A DNA stretch of 64,000 bases, from contig CATNEN010000025.1 in assembly GCA_950097015.1 (NCBI GenBank), positions 930,001 to 994,000 on the forward strand, in the 5' to 3' direction. A program made the position numbers and the translations under genes. This DNA is from Macrostomum hystrix (taxonomy: Eukaryota > Animalia > Platyhelminthes). The first letter of the stretch is position 1. Each line of letters begins with the position of its first letter. Below, piece after piece: positions 35,601 to 48,450 of this stretch. The notes beneath the pieces were generated by a model, which saw only the letters and a program-made list of their open reading frames with translations, did not search any database and was not told where the DNA came from.

Positions 35601-37605
35601 AGTTGCGACGTCAGCCATCTTAGCGTAGACTTCGTTGCGCAACGATTCATAATGCGGCCTTAGAAATTTCAACGGCTTCGGCGCCGAGATCATCGAAGTG
35701 GTTGACGAACGAATCAGATTGCGCAGACTTTCTAGGGCCGGCTTGTACAGCTTGGCATCGGATTCCTGAATGGGATAAAAGTACTAGCTTAGATTGCTTT
35801 CAACCAGACACTTATTAATAAATTTTTCACAATAATATTTAAGATTCTAAATGGTTCACCTGAAGTCGCTCAATCAGCATGTTGAGCTCGTCCTTCAATT
35901 GGGCATCTTCTTCAGACTAAAATTAGCAACAAGAAAAATGTATAAAAACAGAGTCTGGAAAAGAGTATTACTGATTTCACCATATTTTAACTGTAATGAA
36001 TGCCTTATATAAATCACAAATTACTAAAATATACAGAAGCAGAATAGGAATACAACAACTACATTTGTTGCTATTTAGCAAAGTTGCATTATTTTTCAGT
36101 TGAAATACCAATTCTTAATTTGTCATCTTGACTTAACTAATTATCAACAAGTCGGGCCTACCAAAATTCTTAGAATCATAACTAAAAGTTCAAGGCTAAC
36201 TCGTGTGTATATAACAGGAAGGTGTGCAATATGCACCAAGAAAAAAGCATATAATCGAAGCAGAAAAAATCTAATTGTGGAAATGTTTTAATACATACAT
36301 AACCATAGCCATTATTATGTACTTTATTTCAATTACTTAGCTTTACTAACAAAGTTGAAACTGACAATTAAAGTTATGATCCAATACTTTAATATTGCTA
36401 TACACACTATGTAGCTCATATTCAGGAACATTCTGAGTATAAATGGGAATAAATTTTTATTTATAAAGATTTTATACTTGGGTATACACAAGTTTTCATG
36501 TTTCTCAGTATACACCTGATTAAACTGTTAGTTGCAAAAAAACTATTTAAAAAACTGAACTTTGACCTAAAGGGGTACAGATCAAATTGTCATATTCTAA
36601 AACATCATATGATGATGACGATTTGCGCAAGTGTCACAATATTCAATTTAATATGACAATCTTGACTATTTGTTCATTGCTCATTTTAATTATGAATGTG
36701 ATTTGAATATTTGATTATGCATAATTCAAACAATTAATTGTTTTTAAAGGCAGTTAAAAGTTAATGCAGATAAAAAAGCACCAATAAAAGCATTAGGTAG
36801 GCACAATGAACAGACAAATGCAATATGCAAATATTGCAAATCATGACAATGCAATAGAAGGTCACATTTGAGTTACATGTACATAGCCACATGCTGAACG
36901 AAATTTATTGCACATGTTATGTAATGTGCAATGTACTTTGAGTGGCTCAAATTGACATTATTTTTGTAGAGCCAAGTGAGACAAGGCCAAAAATGTATGC
37001 TTCGCTTCACTTATGCTTTCAACAAAGCTGTTTGCGGAGCCAATAAAATAACAATATGATGACTTTGTTAATGTCACATTGTCCAACAAGATGATGATTT
37101 AGATAATGTTGTTATTTTTTTACAACCCTCATATGACAATTTAGAATATGACGATTTCAGCCGGAGCCACCTAAAGGTCATGGGTACTGTCTGTCTAAAG
37201 GTTATTTGATAGGCTTTATTTTAAGGGCAATTCTGGAAACTTTCAAGGGCGAGTGGCTAGTATAGAGTAAAACATATAGATAGATAACTAATACTTCAGC
37301 GTTCAATTACCATTTGTGCTTGATATTTCTTTTTCTTGTGATCTTGGATTGCCAAGTCAAGTTTTAAAAAAAGATTCTTAATTGAAAAAGTAAAATGATT
37401 ACAATTTTTGTCAATATGAACGCTATAAGCACTATGACAGTGGCACAACACTAGGATGATTTAGCAAATTGAAAATGTAAAATATGTCAACGAACCAAGA
37501 TATCTTATAAAACTGTCATTAACTTACCAGCTCTGCTTCCTTCGCCTCCTTATCATTTGCCTTGTTAGTTTCCTGCTTCTCATTTTTATCAACCTTCTCG
37601 GACAT
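29629..37605 (-). CDS. PSMD2: 26S proteasome non-ATPase regulatory subunit 2 (Rpn1), 8 exons, ~982 aa
   Basis: Exons (minus): 37605-37528, 35916-35860, 35765-35097, 34124-33762, 33004-32726, 32190-31306, 30998-30588, 29835-29629; all GT-AG, joining in frame to 983 codons. Motifs: [97 protein letters not shown]. Confidence 0.97.
29945..30540. repeat. Degenerate A-rich tandem repeat (aaaagctactcaaacccaaagggtactcagacct) in PSMD2 intron 7
   Basis: Direct reading. Confidence 0.8.
32265..32590. repeat. 21-bp tandem repeat (ggatctgggtgtattgctatg) in PSMD2 intron 5
   Basis: Direct reading. Confidence 0.85.
34225..35000. repeat. Two adjacent tandem arrays (~36-bp and 41-bp; catgggtcatgataaattctagctcatggatactgtacaga) in PSMD2 intron 3
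   Basis: Direct reading; period 41 (34501 and 34542). Confidence 0.9.
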
Positions 37606-38681
37606 TTCTAATACAAATAGTAAAATGCAGAATGTGAAAGCTTTGATGAAGTAACAAGTAATTTCTCTGAACTAATTACAAATGCGAAGTGCAGAATCAT
37701 GTCGCTTGTAATTTCCAAGAAGCGTCGTCGAAAGTCTTTCCTGTCATGCAATTTAAATCAAAGGTTGACTTAAAATCAAAGACGCTTTGTCAGGAAGAAA
37801 ATATTTTTAGCACCAGTTGATTCAAATGTTTTTGCCTCTGTAATTTTTTATGGATTAAATTCTGCTTTTTTACCAAAAGTCTGGCTTTTTACGAAAAAAT
37901 ATTTCTTTGCGATGAAGAGTCCAAACGTCTATTACTTTCTAAGTCAATTTAGAATTTATTATCAGTACCACTATTAATTTATAGCAACTATTACTATAGT
38001 AATAATTGCTAGTAGCAATTTTTAGTAGCAATAGTTCTTATGTAGTAAAAGTAATTAGTAATAGTATAGAGTCATATAGCTTATTATATTTGCTTCAAAT
38101 ATAAGCAACAAGCAAATATAAGTTACACAAGACTTGCGCCTGATAGAAATTTTACCGTATTTTTGTTGAAGACAATAAAGAAGTGTAGAAATAACATTTT
38201 GAATCTTGCATTATTGCAATTTTTCAATATATTGTTTCACATTATGCACATTTTTACCTGATTATTCAAGAGCAGTATCGCGCAAGAGCATAGGCCCTTC
38301 TCGAGCAGATATTAATATGTTAAAACTTCAATGCGTTTACTTATTGATTCACGGCCACAAAAGTAACTTGTTTTAGAAGTCAGATCCTGAAAATAAATTA
38401 ACAAGATTGGCAACATGAAGTTGCTTAATAAATATATATATATTATGAAAAAACCTATGAGTTTGAAAGTTAGTACAAATATATGTTTGTAAAAGGGTAA
38501 CAGCTTCAATGGTTATATGCGTCAATTTGTAAAATAAGGTTGTTAAAGACATATCTACTCTGACATACATATACTCGTTTTTAAGAAATTTCTCTAAAAT
38601 TTAAGAATATAAACACGCTACGTGCATTTATAAATTCAAATCTTCTTTGGAATCATATCGATCTAGTGTAAAAATGAGTCG

Positions 38682-39247
38682 TCAATCCGAGGATGAAGAG
38701 GCATCAAGAAAGTGGTCGGGCTCCCCAGACGAAGTGCGCCGACTTTCAGCTTCGTCTTCATTGCGACCGTGCTGGTCGTGATGAAAATAGCGAAAGTAGG
38801 TCTCTGACTCCGTGTCAGTAGATTCCGAGTCCGACTCCAGCAAGTCGTCGCGAAGCTGCCTATCGCGCTCCGTCAGCGTAGCCAAAAGTTCCTGAGCCTC
38901 AGTGCTTTGAGGCTGAAATGTGATCAACAGTCGGCAGTGGCGAATAGCTCCGGCCAAATCGTTGTCAGCCAATCTCTCCAAAAGTTGTGCTGCCACCAGA
39001 TCTGGCGCCGTGGAATCTGCGCCGCAGTCGGCGATGACGTCATACCGTGACATGGCCACATCGGCTGCTAGACGAGCGGCTGCCGGCCACAGCATGTCGA
39101 TGGGCTCCGAGCTGGCCAGACTCACTCCGTCGTCATCATCGTCGTCGTCACCATCGCTATCGCCGTTGTTGGCTGATTCCGCGGCGAAGTAGTAGCAGCC
39201 CTTAGCCTTTGCTTCGCGCAGCTCCAATGACAGGCTGCTGACGTATC
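38682..39247 (-). CDS. Terminal exon of an acidic, ERICH2-like protein
   Basis: Asp/Glu/Ser-rich ORF with the helical core APDLVAAQLLERLADNDLAGAIRHCRLLITFQPQSTEAQELL, resembling from memory the ERICH2 motif APLEL..EFLKA....DY..A..LC..IL..EP.N.EA..F. Candidate acceptor gccag| near 39247; upstream exons not resolved. Confidence 0.55.
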
Positions 39248-39751
39248 TGGCATTGAGAGTTGTTCTATTTTTTAGAGAATCTGTGTTTTTCACTCTTTTT
39301 CTAGATACTTTCTAGGCAAATTTGGCTGACTGGTTGACCCGCATTCAGAAAATTTGGATGCACTACTTAAACAGTAGTAAGGCCACACTATTCTTCCCCT
39401 GAGGAATGACTACTTTACCCGAGCGGCGTCAGCATCGTCGAGATATTCAGCGATTCTTGGCGAAGACCCTGTTGACAAGGTCAACTAGCATTGCTCTGTA
39501 TAAACTTCTATGGCAAATCCGTATTAATTTAAATAATAATAATAAAGTGAGTATTTGAAATTGCCCCGTGTTCTTTCTACTGCTAGAGAAGTACCAATAA
39601 AAACTCTCCATTTATGCAAAAAAATGATTAATTTTCGCTTTTTTAAAGTTAACTTTTGAAGTTCATACGATAGGCATTGATGCTTTCTAAAGGTTTAGCC
39701 ACATCGCTTTTAAAATCAGACAATTAATTAAAATGTTTCCTGCATCTCAAC

Positions 39752-40394
39752 CAAGAACCACTGTAGTTATAAAGGACGCAATACTCAAAGATCGTGTAAA
39801 TTTTTAAAGGCCGATTTCCTGGAAAAAAATACATTGCGGAGATAGGAAACATTCTTAATTTGGCCTAAATAGTTGACAAAACTAACAGCCAAAAAAATTT
39901 AATTAACATACTTGGTTGCATTTAACTCTGAAATCATTTTGAAATTTGTTGTACATTATAGAGCCTAATATAGTTGCTACTGTTATAGTAATAAAATTTT
40001 TTTGGCTGTTAGTTTTGCTAAACTTGTTAGCTAATTTGTTAATTCAAACAATTTAGGCCAAATTAAGAATGTTTTCAAGCTATCATATTTTGAGCCATTA
40101 AATGTGCTAGTCTATAGTCTATATAGATTCAAGACACTATAAAATAATATATATATATATGAAAATAAGACTTTTATAAACAAAGCTATATAAAAACAAT
40201 GGAGCTTAATGTTGGGCATGCTGTACTAAGATAAACGGATTTGTACTTGCTCCAGATCAAAAGCAATAGTTGATTATGTGCTGAAAAAATGACTTTTTCC
40301 TATCTCCGCAGTGTATTTTTTTTCCAGGAAATCGGCCTTCTAAAAATTTACACGATCTTTGAGTGTTGAGTCCTTTATACTACAGTGGTCCTTG
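39752..40394. mobile_element. Foldback/MITE-like element with ~100-bp outer inverted repeats and nested inner inverted repeats
   Basis: 39752-39850 is the near reverse complement of 40295-40394. Inner pairs: ttcttaatttggcctaaat / atttaggccaaattaagaa and aaaactaacagccaaaaaaattt / aaatttttttggctgttagtttt. Confidence 0.75.
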
Positions 40395-40964
40395 ATCTCA
40401 ACTTTTTTGTGCTGCCATGGTCAGGCTATATAGTGGTACGGAAATAGAGGTTTCGCTGTGAATTGTTTAGTACCTACTTAAAGTAGTATTCAGTTAGTTA
40501 CTTTTGCTGCTTTTAAATTGTCTGAAAAAAAGTATTAAAAACTATCCAATTCAAATAAATTCCTAAAGAGATGCATCTATACTTACTCGATCCAAAATTA
40601 TGTATATACTGACGCATATGCACTTTAATGAAACTTTTTTAGCGGTTGAGACCACACGCCTTTACGAGCTAATTGAATACGTTAGCTACTTAATTAATCG
40701 CCTTTTTACCTGTTTGACATTGCATAAGTAAGGAAGCATTTGGTCTGTATCAAAGCCCGCTTTAAAATGAGTTTGATAGAAATAACCCTCTGAAGTTATT
40801 ATGTAGCATTTCTTCATACTGAAGTATGGTATACTTCATCATAAAATTATGCAAGGTACTTCATCATTCTGATTTCATCAGGTAAATATAATAGTTCTAC
40901 ACTACCCGAAAAGTTCGCTTCTACGAAGGTTTCACTACTACCTAAAGGCTACCTCCTGAAATTT

Positions 40965-41425
40965 TCACTTCCCTGAAGTTTCACTTCCCTGAAGTTTCAC
41001 TTCCCTGAAGTTTCACTTCCCCGAAGTTTCACTTCCTTGAAGTTTCACTTCCCTGAAGTTTCACTTCCCTGAAGTTTCACTTCCTTGAAGTTTCACTGAC
41101 CTGAAGTTTCACTTCCTTGAAGTTTCACTTCCCTGAAGTTTCACTTCCCTGAAGTTTCACTTCCTTGAAGTTTCACTTCCCTGAAGTTTCACTTCCTTGA
41201 AGTTTCACTTCCCTGAAGTTTCACTTCCTTGAAGTTTCACATCCTTGAAGTTTCACTTCCCTGAAGTTTCACTTCCCTGAAGTTTCACTTCCTTGAAGTT
41301 TCACTTCCCTGAAGTTTCACTTCCTTGAAGTTTCACATCCTTGAAGTTTCACTTCCCTGAAGTTTCACTTCCTTGAAGTTTCACATCCTTGAAGTTTCAC
41401 TTCCCTGAAGTTTCACTTCCCTGAA
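40965..41425. repeat. 16-bp tandem repeat (cctgaagtttcacttc)
   Basis: Direct reading. Confidence 0.95.
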
Positions 41426-44081
41426 ATTTCAGACCTTTCAGATGGTTGTAACTGAAGTTTTACTTCCATGGAGTCAAATTTCTTGACTACTTAACTGAAG
41501 GTTTTGCTACTTCCCTGAAGGTTTCGCTACTTCCCTGAAGGTTTCGCTACTTCCCTGAAGGTTTATATACCTCCCTGAAGGTTTCTATACATCACTGAAG
41601 GTTTCACTACTTCTCTGAAGATTTTAATACGAGCTTGCCTGTAGTTTTTGGCTTCCATGAAGTTTCACTTTCTTGACGATTTAGTGAAGTTTGAAATTCA
41701 ACGCATCGCTATAGCAATGACCTCTTGACCTGCTTCTCATCCTGCAGAACAGAAATCAGCTGGCCTCAGCCAACCAGACTTGTGTATTAGACGGGTAGCA
41801 ATTAATCCTTGGCCCAGCAGGAGACTCGCTGATAGGCAAGAGTTTTCTGAGTCTCGCCTCAGCTACTGAGTCGCATTCGCCCTGTAGCCGCACTGATTGC
41901 CAGCTACAAGGGATTTTTTTACTATTTTCTCCCTCTGTCTCCCAAGCTTCATACATTGCTATCTGTGCTAATCATTGGTGTTAAGCTCCGGAGTTCTGGC
42001 TTATGCAAACCCAAAGCGGGACCTCCCACAGCTTCTCACAGTATAGTCTCTCTGTCTCTTCGCCTCAACTCTCGGGCTCTGATTTAGCTGAGTGTTCTGC
42101 AAACTTCTTTCCAAAAAAGCCAGATTCCCCACTACATCGCCTATTCTCATCCACTGTACTCCGCTTAACTGAGTAGCGATGCAAGAAACAGCTTCTAAAC
42201 ACTGTCATAGTTTGACAGGCTTGAAGTTCGATTCTCAGTCACTACTGAGGCCACACTGGCCGCAGTTCTAATTTGTGTATAGGGTGTATGAAATGCACTA
42301 TAGCGCTTAAGGGAAAAACCTGACCTTCGGGCAGAAACATTGAATATCTCGACGATCTGAAGAGCTGGCAACTTGATTCTTGTTTCAGAAGATGCGCAAC
42401 AAAAAGTTGGCCAGTGTTCTGGAGTTTCGTGTGCTTGCGTTGTTCCGTTCGTGCAGTACAATCAATTGTCAGGGGGGATTCCCCGCTTGATAGTTCTACG
42501 GTATCGGCATCGGCAACGTGTATCGGCAACCACAGATTAATATATCATCTAGATGTGTCACTCACCCATGGATGAATGAATAGAATAGAATTCTATTCAT
42601 TCATCCATGCGAGTGATTTACCAAAGCTATAAATATGTTTATGCACTTTAAAACTGTTTAGTCATTGTAAAAAATACGAATATTTAAGCGCAAGTGTTAA
42701 ACAGCAAAAGTGTCTATGGCCAAACCTTTGGGTTTTCGTGAGTGGAAGAATTTTGCTTGAGTTGCTTGAGGATATATGATCAGAGTCTGCAACTGTAACT
42801 AGGCGAATAACTTGGCAAGAAGATAGCTCCAAATAGCTAATTCTTAATTCAGTCAATTAATTTTCTGCCTTAAGTTGTTCCCCTCTGAACTTTGCCGATG
42901 CTGTTAATTGCGGAATCTGCCTTGAGAAGGATGGATGACTCAGTGGCTCGCAGAAAATCATATTATGAATGAGGAGAGGTAAAGGGACTGAGAGAGAGAG
43001 ACCGCTTTCAGAGCGGGTTCTTCCGGCGGCCTTTTGCCGGAGTGGCATCGCTAGCCTCTCTAGAGCTTCTTTCATCCCCTTGACTCCACCTTCCTGGCTA
43101 TTATTCCATCACGAGCGCGGCCCGCTCAGGCTTCTCAGGCTTTACAAATCTCTAGCGAGCGTCTCCATGGTCTTTAACCAGAGCAGTTTTCAGTTGGAGA
43201 TTGTGCTAACAGATTTTGGCATGCATTTAATTAGATAGAACCGCGGGCTTAGAAATCAAATCTAGCGGAATTCCTAAATTACAGTTCCGATTCTGTTGTC
43301 GCCAAATCCTGCAGGTATTCCACAGATGCGAGTGCGCGCACACAAGGTTAAGAAATTGTATAGAAGTTCAAATCTAAGCATTTTTTGTTATAAAGATCTG
43401 CCTATCTTCATTACCCAGGAGCTTTAGTATCGATTCATCGATGCGCACTTTGCTCAGAATAGAATAATTGCTTCTACTCTGCATTTTGCTGCTCGATAGT
43501 ACACCGGATCGAAGAGCATAGTCTGTTAATGAACCTATATGGGACCCGTATTATTATCAAATCTGACATCTATGTATATGGATTAGCGAACTTGTATAAA
43601 TACAAAAGGAGATCTTGGAAAATAGGAATTCAGGGATTCGAATGATATCAAATTCGAACCGACTGCACCCTATAGAATTCGTGAGTGTTTGAGTCATACA
43701 GTGAGTCATTGCCGCTTATATTCCAGGAAATATGCACAATCAGTAAATAAACTAGTTCGAGTGACCCCTTCATCTGTGATTCTGCTCGAAAGTCTGATGA
43801 GAAATTAGTAATTGCCCAAATCACAGCTAGCTAGCTTCATTTCGTGCCTGAGCTGCACAAATTGAAGTCAGTCGCGGCTTATCTTGCCGGCGCATCATGG
43901 AGACGAGATTCTGATTCTGGCTGCAAAATTATTTTTGTCGGTTAAAATGTCACGCGCACTTGAGTCCGAAGCTGATAACGGAAAGTAATTAATTGAAAAG
44001 TCAATCGTGTGCATCTCTCTCTTTCTAATGTATATTTTGCATGCGAGGGGCGGAGAATTATTAATTGATTATTGCTCTTTT

Positions 44082-44461
44082 TCACCTGTAAATTGGGCCG
44101 CCCTCGCTGGACCTGGAGTCGGAATGACGCAACCCGCCAAGGCACATTCGCTTCCGCTTTCGATGTTGATGTGCTGGAGGCTGCTTGTACTGGTACTGAT
44201 AGTGCTGCTGCTGCTGATGCGGTTGATTGCTTTTGTCGGAAAATTTTGTTCTAACAAACTTTGTCGGCTGCTTCCAAGGTAGCCGACGTTCATGCTGCTG
44301 CTCACACGTAGTTGCTTCAGCAGCCGACGTGCAAGGTCTGTCGCTCTCGATGACGGCTTCGGCTCGAATGGCAGCCGACGCAGTCGAGGCGTTCGGGGCG
44401 GCGTTTTTGGCGCTGCCGGTGAATACGGACAAGGCCAGGCGCCAATAACTGCTGCAGGCAT
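44082..44461 (-). CDS. Possible first coding exon (Pro/Arg/Ser-rich), perhaps of the ERICH2-like gene
   Basis: GC-rich island with exon-like composition; ATG at 44461; donor-like ACAG|GTGAAA near 44082. No recognisable domain. Confidence 0.3.
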
Positions 44462-44599
44462 CGTGCAGCCAGGGACACAGGGTCCTGCAGCGGGAAAGGA
44501 GATCCATTGTCAATATCAAGTCCAGAGAACAGTTTAGGAAAGATTAAATGTCTTTTTCGATTTAGAAGAATCAAACAATATAAAATGGAGTTTGGTTTC

Positions 44600-44875
44600 G
44601 TAGGTTTGGTGGCAAATATGGTAGGTTTGGTGGGAAATAGGGTAGGTTTGGTGAGAAATAGGGTAGGTTTGGTGGGAAATAGGGTAGGTTTGGTGGGAAA
44701 TAGGGTAGGTTTGGTGGGAAATAAAGTAGGTTTGGTTGGAAATAGGGTAGGTTTGGTGGGAAATAACGTAGGTTTGGTTGGAAATAGGGTAGGTTTGGTG
44801 GGAAATAGGGTAGGTTTGGTGGGAAATAACGTATAGGTTTGGTTGGAAATAGGGTAGGTTTGGTGGGAAATAAGG
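44600..44875. repeat. 21-bp tandem repeat (ggtaggtttggtgggaaatag)
   Basis: Direct reading. Confidence 0.9.
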
Positions 44876-46069
44876 ATTGGTTAGATGAGTTTGGTAGGTT
44901 TGATCGAAAATAAGAGATATGAGAACAAAGGTTTCATGTTTTCAAGGAAATAAATCACACTCGGAGAAGATAGTGCCGATTACTGTCTGCTCATTGCAGG
45001 TAGTGAAAACATAAGGAAAACTTGGGATTAGACTAGTTCATGAGCTCATAATTTTGAGAAGTGGTCAAATCAAGAATATGAAAAGGGATGGGATCTGTTA
45101 AAAAAGATCATTAAAGGGAAGCAAAGTGCAAAGGAAAAAAGCAACAAGATGAGGATAGAAGGGGTCAAAATGAGGCTGAGCACAAAGGGCCACCTTCAAC
45201 TATTTGGGGAGGTTTGTAGGAGAGGAAAAGAGCAAACGGAGGGCATTGATGAGAATAGACAAAGTTTTTGTGAGTTGAGCCTTCATCAACGATTCAAAAT
45301 TTTTTTGGAGTCCACAAACAGGTGTTAACGTGTCGAATTCATTATAAAATTGGTTGTACTTTTGATAATGAAACTAAAAAACCCTGTATTTATTCTAGAG
45401 CGACTCTTCCACATTTGAGTAAATGTTTAAGGATTTTTTGGGATTTTTCAGTGCTTCTAAAAATAGATCAGTGATCAGGTATCCGAGAATAATAAGAATC
45501 AGTTACAAATTGTGAGCCTTTTAGTGAGAAATGCTCGAGACAATAATATACTCTTCGAATTATTTTTAGTCTAAAAATAGTAATGAAAAAATCAATTTCT
45601 GTTTTCATTGTTCGCTAAAAGCGAGACAGCAATTGATGGTTGCCGGGCATTTACACTGCAACTCATAGTCAGACTGAGTCCGCTAGCAGATATTCCTGAG
45701 CACGACTCAATGTTTGTGAGAATGTTTATTTAGAGAGAGAGGGAGAGAGAGTGCAGTGGGAGAAAACAGGGAAAACTTGGACGGAATGACAGAATGGAAT
45801 GCGGTGAAATCTGCAGGTTTTATGCATATTGTCAAAGAACACAAGAAACAGGAATAAATGATCGCTTTTCTGCCTCGGCCCGTATTTTTTTATGTCCGAG
45901 AAGTTTTGATTTACCATAAAAATTTCCGATTGTATGAAATTTCCCACATTTGAAATCAAATGTGTTTAGATTAATTTCTGGACCAATAAAAATAAAATTT
46001 TAAACATTCTAAAACTACCGATTCCCTCTTTGCCCGAAACAAACTAATTCATACAAAATCCCATTCATT

Positions 46070-46420
46070 AAATATCCCATTCCTCTAAAACTTTCTGGCG
46101 CAACATATTCCTACCAGACATACGACTCCTCCAAAATATCCCATTCCTCCATGATGTCCCATTCCTCCAAGATATCCCATTCCTCCAAGATATCCCATAC
46201 CTCCAAGATATCCAATTTCTCCAAGATATCCCATTCCTACATGATATCCCATTCCTCAAAGATATCCCATTCCTCCAAGATATCCCATTCCTCCAAAATA
46301 TCACGTTTCTTCAAAATATCCCACTCCTCCATGATATCCTATTCAAGCAAGATATCCCATTCAATCAAGATATCCCATTCCTACAATAAATCTCAATCTC
46401 CTTAAGATATCCCATTCCAA
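46070..46420. repeat. 18-bp tandem repeat (gatatcccattcctccaa), copy 1
   Basis: Same unit as 48155-48450. Confidence 0.9.
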
Positions 46421-47099
46421 TTCTATATCACACATCCTAAAATATTCCATAGTCCTCTAAGTCTAAAACATCCCTACGTGACCTTTAGCTCAAAAAATAA
46501 AACCGATTCCTATTAAACTTCCCACCTTCACGTTATCCCTTGCCCACTAAAATCTGCCAGCCGTCGCGACGCCAGCAGACGCAAAAACGGTGTTCAATGA
46601 TCAATAAGATTATTTCATCATCTTTCTAGTCCAGTGGAAGGGGCACTGCCATGATCACCGCTATAGGCACTCTCTCTATGCCATCATTTTTGCATTGTCT
46701 CGTGTTCGCAAACAGGCTGTTCCGTGTAATCCCGGGATGTTATAGGGAGTGAGGTTTGGGACGAAAGACTGCAATGTTTCCTTGTGTTTTATGATCTAGT
46801 TGTGTGCTTAATCAAATTAGCAATCATTGAATGCACAGTGGTCACTGTGCCGCCTTGCACCAACCCCACTCCAAAAAGACCGACCTACCCTCTGAATATT
46901 TCTCTCCAGTCCGTCTTTGTATAGTACCGAATTCGCAGTCTCACGGTCGCTATTAGTGATTCGCTTTCTTGCTTTGCAAACTTTCCTATTTATCTGCCTC
47001 TTTGCCTAGCTTGCACATGTATTTATGTATTTGCACCACTATACGCTTTTATTCGTCCCATTTATCTCACATTGTACAGTTTTAATCCCACATATGGCA

Positions 47100-47570
47100 T
47101 TCTGTTCATCTCACTCTACCATCACAATGTCCCTTCATCTCACTCAATCAACACACAATTTCTCTTCATCTCACTCTAACAACACACAATGTCCCTTCAT
47201 CTCACTCCATCAACACACAATGTCCCTTCATCTCACTCCATCAACACACAATTTCCCTTCATCTCACTCCATCAACACACAATCTCCCTTCATCTCACTC
47301 CATCAACACACAATTTCTCTTCATCTCACTCCATCAACACACAATGTCCCTTTATCTCACTCAATCAACACACAATTTCCCTTCCTCTCACTCCATCAAC
47401 ACACAATGTCCCTTCATCTCACTCTAACAACACACAATGTCCCTTCATCTCACTCTAACAACACACAATGTCCCTTCATCTCACTCTAACAACACACAAT
47501 GTCCCTTCATCTCACTCTAACAACACACAATGTCCCTTCATCTCACTCCATCAACACACAATGTCCCTTC
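47100..47570. repeat. 31-bp tandem repeat (cacacaatgtcccttcatctcactccatcaa), copy 1
   Basis: Same unit as 58766-58982. Confidence 0.9.
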
Positions 47571-48154
47571 AACCGAAATCCTTCTGCCATGTGATTTTCA
47601 CCGTCTTTACATCAGGCTCGGCAAAGGTTTTCACCAAAAAAGAGTTGATAACAAAGAAAATGTTACTAGCCGAAGGTAAAATATAGACTCTATTGATTCA
47701 GGTCCTTGATTCTAACCAAACATCTTCTTCATGAGCAGACGTGAGCAGTTTATTGCATCAAGTGGCTGCACGCAATCGCACTGATTGTCACAGCAGTGTG
47801 TGGTCAATTGCAATACCAGTATCTGCTGCCTGCGGGTAATGAGGATTATGAAATAGGGCAGCAGGCATTCACAGAAGACAACTTACATTCCGAATAGATC
47901 TGCCTGCGGCTACAACAGCGAAGGCTAGACGGCATCTGAAGGCCACCCCGACTGCGGCTGGCTGTACCGTCACCTGTCTGATCTTCACAGTCTGCATCTG
48001 TTAGCTTACACTGATTCAATAATATAGAAAATTGGAAGCCATGGTCGGTGTTCTGTGTTCTCTGAACTCTGGTTGGTTAGTAGGCATTGCATTGCACCCC
48101 ACCTCTCCTCCACCGACACGGGAAAGCGCGCCAATGTCCCATATGAATGTGCCA

Positions 48155-48450
48155 TATCCCATTCCTCAAAGTTATCCCATTCCTCCAAGATATCCCATTC
48201 CTCCATGATATCCCATTCCTCCATGATATCCCATTCCTCCATGATATCCCATTCCTCCATGATATCCCGTTCCTCCATGATATCCCGTTCCTCCAAAATA
48301 TCCCATTCCTACAAGATATCCCATTCCTCCATGATATCCCGTACCTCCATGATTTCCCATTCCTCCAAGATATCCCATTCTTCCAAGATATCTCATTCCT
48401 CCATGATATCCCATTCTTCCAAGATATCCCATTCCTCCTTGATATCCCAT
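48155..48450. repeat. 18-bp tandem repeat (gatatcccattcctccat), copy 2
   Basis: Direct reading. Confidence 0.9.

Noticed and set aside
41750-43260. Coding-looking patches on the minus strand (ORFs 41756-41956, 42242-42529, 42857-43075)
   Set aside because: No consistent in-frame acceptor/donor chain could be built and nearby frames contain stops; these may be degenerate exons or transposon relics.
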